DNA of 64,000 nucleotides from Gammaproteobacteria bacterium (GTDB lineage Bacteria; Pseudomonadota; Gammaproteobacteria; Acidiferrobacterales; SZUA-150): NCBI GenBank assembly GCA_036986275.1, contig BTRG01000004.1, positions 981 to 64,980 of the forward strand, read 5' to 3'. Shown piece by piece: positions 59,459 to 64,000 of this stretch (position 1 is its first letter; each line of letters starts with the position of its first letter). The notes under the pieces were generated by a model. It saw only the letters and a program-made list of their open reading frames with translations, ran no database searches and was not told where the DNA came from. The position numbers and the translations under genes were made by a program.

Positions 59459-60341
59459 TCTTTTTGTCTGCTTCAGTGATGGGCTGTACTTTTAAGAGGT
59501 GCACACGCCGGCTATCGGCGCGCAGGATCTCAAACTCGAGATCGCCTATTTCACATTTCTCACCACGCTCAGGTAAATGACCCAGGCTACGCATAATAAT
59601 TCCGCCTATGGTTTCAACATCTTCATCGCTGTATCGGGTCTTGAAGTAATTATTAAAATCTTCGATGGGTGTGAGCGCCTTGACAATATGACTGTCATCA
59701 TTGCGACGCATAATCATGGAATCATCTTCATCGATATCATGCTCGTCTTCTATCTCGCCTACTATTTGCTCCAGCACATCCTCAATCGTCACCAGGCCAG
59801 CGACACCACCGTATTCATCGACAACGATCGCCATGTGATTACGGCTGGTACGAAATTCGCGCAACAGAACATTCAGGCGCTTGCTTTCCGGGACAAAGAC
59901 CGCGGGACGCAAAACATCATCAATATCGAAACGTTCGTTTTCTGATTCTTTATACAAATAAAAACGCAACAGATCCTTGGCCAGCAATATGCCGATTACC
60001 TTGTCCTTGTCGCCATCTATCATGGGAAAGCGGGAATGCGCTGTCTCTACTACATGCGGCAGGTATTCGTCCGGGGTTTGATTCTTGTCTACCACATCCA
60101 TTTGTGCGCGCGGGATCATAACTTCACGCACCTGCATCTCAGAGACTTGCATGACACCTTCTATCATGTCGAGACCTTCAGTCGTCAGAAGGTCTCTCTC
60201 GGTAGCATCACGAAGTATCTCGATCAACTCCTTACGATTGCTGGGTTCACCCAATAAAGCCTGGCTCAATCGCTCCAGCAATGATTTTGGTGACGCAGGT
60301 GCGCCACCGTTGGTACTGTGATAATCGTCGCCTCTATTCAC
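59448..60341 (-). CDS. corC: CorC/YbeX-type CBS-pair plus CorC_HlyC domain protein
   Basis: V.EVMIPR..M, a CBS pair, and the C-terminal transporter-associated domain. ybeZYX-lnt synteny. Confidence 0.9.
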   Translation of the reverse strand: MNRGDDYHSTNGGAPASPKSLLERLSQALLGEPSNRKELIEILRDATERDLLTTEGLDMIEGVMQVSEMQVREVMIPRAQMDVVDKNQTPDEYLPHVVETAHSRFPMIDGDKDKVIGILLAKDLLRFYLYKESENERFDIDDVLRPAVFVPESKRLNVLLREFRTSRNHMAIVVDEYGGVAGLVTIEDVLEQIVGEIEDEHDIDEDDSMIMRRNDDSHIVKALTPIEDFNNYFKTRYSDEDVETIGGIIMRSLGHLPERGEKCEIGDLEFEILRADSRRVHLLKVQPITEADKKIAK

Positions 60342-60369
60342 ATTGCCCTCTTGATCTATCTAATAATAA

Positions 60370-60822
60370 TCAGGAATAAGGGTCCTCAAAACCCAATTGG
60401 CCCATGGCCTGTACTTCTTTCGCTTCCATCCGCCGTGCCTCCTTGTCCTGAATGTGGTCATAACCACACAAGTGCAGTATACCGTGCACTACCATATGCG
60501 CCCAATGCGCTTCAGGGGTTTTGTTTTGTTCGCTCGCCTCCCGGTTCACCACTGGTGCACAAATAATAATATCACCCAATATGCCGGCATCCACCCCGGG
60601 TGGATTTTCAAACGGGAAAGATAATACATTGGTCGGCCCCCTTTTCTGTCGATAGGTCTCGTTTATCTCGGCGATCTCTGTTTCATCCACAATGCGTACA
60701 GTCAAACTGTTACCGATCTTGCTCATCTCCTGCAATGTCGATAGCGCCCAATGCCTGATTATTTCTTCTGACGGTATACCCGGCGCCTCGCTGTTGCATT
60801 GAACATCGACATCACCATTCAT
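60370..60822 (-). CDS. ybeY: Endoribonuclease YbeY (rRNA maturation factor)
   Basis: HMVVHGILHLCGYDH zinc motif (H..HG.LHL.GYDH). Confidence 0.95.
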   Translation of the reverse strand: MNGDVDVQCNSEAPGIPSEEIIRHWALSTLQEMSKIGNSLTVRIVDETEIAEINETYRQKRGPTNVLSFPFENPPGVDAGILGDIIICAPVVNREASEQNKTPEAHWAHMVVHGILHLCGYDHIQDKEARRMEAKEVQAMGQLGFEDPYS

Positions 60823-61796
60823 ACATCGTGCTTTTTCTTACTATGCTTCTCATAGGCCTCGATAATCTTTTGCACCAAGTGATGGCGCACGACATCGGCT
60901 GCCGAGAAATGCGTGAAACTGATCCCCTTAACGTCTTGCAATATATCGACTATCTGCTTGAGACCGGACTGTGACGGGCGTGATAAATCAATTTGTGTGA
61001 TGTCGCCGTTAATCACTGCCGTAGTACCAAAACCTATACGCGTGAGAAACATTTTCATTTGTTCTCCGGTAGTATTCTGGGCCTCATCAAGGATGATAAA
61101 GGACTCATTCAGTGTACGCCCACGCATATAGGCCAATGGCGCCAACTCAATGACATTGCGTTCCAGCAGGCGTCCAACCTTTTCAAAACCCAGCATGTCA
61201 TGCAGGGCATCATAGAGCGGGCGCAGATAGGGGTCGACTTTCTGTTCCAGGTCACCGGGCAGAAAACCCAGGCGCTCACCCGCTTCTACCGCGGGCCGCA
61301 CTAACAAAATACGCTGAACCCGGTGTTGTTGCAGAGCCTCAACCGCGCAGGCGACCGCCAGATAGGTCTTGCCCGTACCGGCGGGACCGATACCAAAATT
61401 AATATCGTGGGTCAGTATATTACGTATATATTGACGCTGCTTTGGACTGCGGCCCTTGACGACATGCTTGGGCAGACGCAAATGGGTTTCTGGATCATCA
61501 GATTCCAGTTCATTCCCTTCCGCGGTCATTTGCTGCATGGCCAGATGTAAATCCGATGCACTCAGACCCGATCCGGTATCCAGATCGTCGTAAAGCTTAT
61601 GCAACAAACGTTCGACCGATGCCGCCATGGTGATCTCGCCGACAATCTGGAACTGATTGCCGCGATTACCGATCTCAACACCTGTGTAGGTTTCGATCTG
61701 ACGCAGGTGTTCGTCATGGCCGCCACAAAGGCTGGCGAGTCGCGCGTTGTCGTCAGGCCTCAGGCGAAATGAAATTTGTTTGATTTTGGCGTTCAA
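60819..61796 (-). CDS. ybeZ: PhoH-like ATPase YbeZ
   Basis: Walker A GPAGTGKTYLA and FIILDEAQN. Confidence 0.94.
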   Translation of the reverse strand: MNAKIKQISFRLRPDDNARLASLCGGHDEHLRQIETYTGVEIGNRGNQFQIVGEITMAASVERLLHKLYDDLDTGSGLSASDLHLAMQQMTAEGNELESDDPETHLRLPKHVVKGRSPKQRQYIRNILTHDINFGIGPAGTGKTYLAVACAVEALQQHRVQRILLVRPAVEAGERLGFLPGDLEQKVDPYLRPLYDALHDMLGFEKVGRLLERNVIELAPLAYMRGRTLNESFIILDEAQNTTGEQMKMFLTRIGFGTTAVINGDITQIDLSRPSQSGLKQIVDILQDVKGISFTHFSAADVVRHHLVQKIIEAYEKHSKKKHDV

Positions 61797-61895
61797 GCGC
61801 GATGATACGAAATGATCATAAGGTAAAGTTTAGCCGATTCAGGCCCGGAATGGTTGCTCCAGAGGGACTTTTCCAGCCCCTGTAAGTAGGGCCGA

Positions 61896-63224
61896 TCAAA
61901 CGGCCAGCCGGCCGCGCAGAGAATTGGGCAGGGCCTCGGTAATTTCCAGCTCGATAAATTGGCCTATCAGGCCCTTGTCACGGCCGGGAAAATTGACCAC
62001 GCGGTTGTTTTCAGTGCGCCCCGACAACCACTGGTCGTCTTTTTTTGAAATACCTTCCACCAGCACCTGTTGATCCGTACCGATCATGGCCTGACTGATG
62101 TCGACCGCCTGGCGATTGAGCATGTCCTGCAATCTCCGCAGACGCTGCTGCTTGTCTTGCCGTGGCACAGTATCAGCCAGGTCGGCGGCCGGTGTACCTG
62201 GGCGGGCGCTGTAGATAAAGCTGAAGGAATGATCAAAACCGATGTCCGCCACCAGATTCAGCGTCGCCTGGAAGTCTGCTTCGGTCTCGCCCGGGAAACC
62301 GACAATAAAATCACTGGACAGGCTGATATCCGGGCATACTTCACGCAATTTTCGTATTCTGTCCTTGTACTCCATGATGGTGTGGCCACGCTTCATCATG
62401 GCCAGCACGCGGTCCGATCCGCTCTGTACTGGCAGGTGCAAGTGTTGCACCAGTTCGGGCACCTCGGCGTAGGCCTGGATCAGGCTGTCACTGAAAGACA
62501 AGGGGTGCGAGGTCGTGTAACGGACACGTCCTATCCCCACTATGGCGGCAACATATCTAATAAGTATACCGAGATCGGCCATGCCACCATCGTGCATGGG
62601 GCCCTGGTAGCTGTTGACGTTCTGGCCCAGCAAGGTGATTTCTCTGACCCCCTGTTCCGCCAGCGCTACCACCTCGGCAATAACATCGTCGAAGGGCCGG
62701 CTGAACTCCTCGCCCCGGGTATAGGGCACGACACAATAGCTACAGTACTTACTACAACCCTCCATGATGGAAACATAGGCGCGGGCGCCCTCGGCCCGGG
62801 GTTCCGGCAGGCGGTCAAATTTCTCGATTTCCGGGAAAGAGATATCAATGGTTGCTGATGAAGAGACTCCCGCCTGATCCAACATCTCCGGCAAGCGGTG
62901 CAGGGTCTGTGGACCAAAAATGACATCCACACAGGGTGCACGCTGCTGTATGGCCTCGCCCTCCTGGCTGGCCACGCAACCCCCGACACCTATCACCAAA
63001 CCCGGTCTTTGCTGCTTTAATTCATTCCAGCGCCCCAGTTGCGAAAACAGTTTCTCCTGGGCCTTTTCACGGATAGAACAGGTATTCACCAGCAATATGT
63101 CAGCTTCCTCGGCGGAATTCACCAACTCCATGCCGTGGCTTTCGTGCAACAGATCGGCCATACGTGATGAGTCATAGTCATTCATCTGACAACCGAAGGT
63201 CTTGATATGCAGTTTTTTGCCCAT
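61896..63224 (-). CDS. miaB: tRNA-2-methylthio-N6-dimethylallyladenosine synthase
   Basis: N-terminal UPF0004 Cys triad (GCQMN..., [11 protein letters not shown]), the radical-SAM CSKYCSYC motif, and a C-terminal TRAM domain. Confidence 0.96.
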   Translation of the reverse strand: MGKKLHIKTFGCQMNDYDSSRMADLLHESHGMELVNSAEEADILLVNTCSIREKAQEKLFSQLGRWNELKQQRPGLVIGVGGCVASQEGEAIQQRAPCVDVIFGPQTLHRLPEMLDQAGVSSSATIDISFPEIEKFDRLPEPRAEGARAYVSIMEGCSKYCSYCVVPYTRGEEFSRPFDDVIAEVVALAEQGVREITLLGQNVNSYQGPMHDGGMADLGILIRYVAAIVGIGRVRYTTSHPLSFSDSLIQAYAEVPELVQHLHLPVQSGSDRVLAMMKRGHTIMEYKDRIRKLREVCPDISLSSDFIVGFPGETEADFQATLNLVADIGFDHSFSFIYSARPGTPAADLADTVPRQDKQQRLRRLQDMLNRQAVDISQAMIGTDQQVLVEGISKKDDQWLSGRTENNRVVNFPGRDKGLIGQFIELEITEALPNSLRGRLAV

Positions 63225-63416
63225 AACTCTATGAATAAAAAGGATGTTCTAGGAACACCATGCTGGAAAAGGGCGCTCACTCTACTCCCAGCCCCGGCAA
63301 AATTCCAGACCCGGTCCGCCCCGGCGCACCCGCTTGAGTCATCGATAGGCCCTACAGTTTATGCGCCCATACGCCGATAAGGTATCAGACGAATTGCATC
63401 TAAATAACAGAGCACC

Positions 63417-64000
63417 ATGTATCACCCCAATCGAATCTTCAGGCCCAAGGACGACATCGTCCATACCTGGTTTATGGCATCTGAACTGGAAGATGTCACC
63501 GAGCGCGCACGCCACATCCTACACCAGGCCGACAATGACGCCATACTCTCGGCCCTGCACAATTGTGAAGATGCCCTGGAGACTTATTACGTCGAGGGCG
63601 AAACTCCCACACAGACGTTGCAGGAACTTTGCGCCGCGCACCCGTATTTAATGACCCTGATTGATCCCGACAAACGCCTGGCGGTAGCGAAAAATGTAGC
63701 GAAAAATAATAGCGACAGACGCTTTGTCCCGGAATCTGTCGTATTACTGATGGCCTTGTACAATGGCAGCCTGAATCCCGCCACCACCCCGGATACGCCT
63801 GTCGCCCAACATTATTTGGCCGCCGCGGCTCTGGGTAATGTCTACAAGGCCACTCTGTATGCACGTCTGTGCATGTACCCTGACCTGGGCTTTGTGGATC
63901 AATTTGCCGACGCATCCATGGATGAGAAAAGCGAAAAAGAGCGCTACTACGAACTCTATGACAAGTCAGAAAACCTGGCCGCAACCGTGCGCGAACACAT
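63417..64000 (+). CDS. Hypothetical protein, 5' part; open to the window end
   Basis: Not in the ORF track (no stop in the window). ATG 63417 opens 194 codons with backbone-like GC-rich third positions (MYHPNRIFRPKDDIVHTWFMASELED...). The competing frames (63361-63651 +, 63496-63984 -) are Arg/Pro-rich junk. Confidence 0.5.
   Translation, partial: MYHPNRIFRPKDDIVHTWFMASELEDVTERARHILHQADNDAILSALHNCEDALETYYVEGETPTQTLQELCAAHPYLMTLIDPDKRLAVAKNVAKNNSDRRFVPESVVLLMALYNGSLNPATTPDTPVAQHYLAAAALGNVYKATLYARLCMYPDLGFVDQFADASMDEKSEKERYYELYDKSENLAATVREH

Noticed and set aside
62070-62858. 262-aa plus-strand ORF antisense to miaB. Similar long antisense ORFs occur at 56261-56914 (leuS), 18853-19416 (hisH), 29529-30071 (mlaF) and 30572-31081.
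   Set aside because: All lie opposite confidently identified genes and show the codon-complement composition typical of GC-rich shadow ORFs.

Overview
The window looks like a gammaproteobacterial chromosome segment, roughly 55-60% GC by eye, and is almost entirely conserved housekeeping operons. In order these are:
- sspB/sspA, petABC (cytochrome bc1) and a DegS-like protease
- [accessory segment, described below]
- a DUF255 thioredoxin-domain protein and tatABC
- murA followed by a complete hisGDCBHAFIE operon
- a BolA/monothiol-glutaredoxin pair
- an ABC-2 exporter plus mlaFEDCB
- kdsDC-lptCAB-rpoN-hpf-ptsN-hprK-rapZ-EIIA(Man)-HPr-EI
- a WYL-like protein, mgtE and a Nit hydrolase
- yhdP-rng-maf-rlmH-rsfS-nadD-proA-holA-lptE-leuS
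- a membrane coiled-coil protein
- lnt-corC-ybeY-phoH-miaB.

I saw no rRNA, tRNA, CRISPR array or intact mobile element.

The only clearly accessory segment is about 5.64-12.74 kb. It contains an IS30 transposase remnant, stacked REP-type palindromes, and a tightly coupled three-gene minus-strand operon. All three products carry a signal peptide:
- a 792-aa protein with 7 propeller-like repeats, Ig/PKD-like domains and an NTF2-like C-terminus
- a 226-aa beta-sandwich-like protein
- an AT-rich 1020-aa protein whose N-terminus carries the zinc-metallophospholipase C motif blocks.

This operon is my best candidate for an undescribed system. Its function is inferred only from motifs.

Secondary oddities:
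- a ~640-bp hairpin-dense non-coding spacer between petC and sspA, ending in a terminator that abuts the sspA RBS
- a polylysine tail on TatB
- an EIIA(Man)-like protein that appears to lack the phospho-acceptor His
- a cytochrome b with a PLWY Qo motif and a ~50-aa hydrophobic insertion
- at least four distinct REP families.

All calls come from reading the translations and sequence by eye. No database searches were run.
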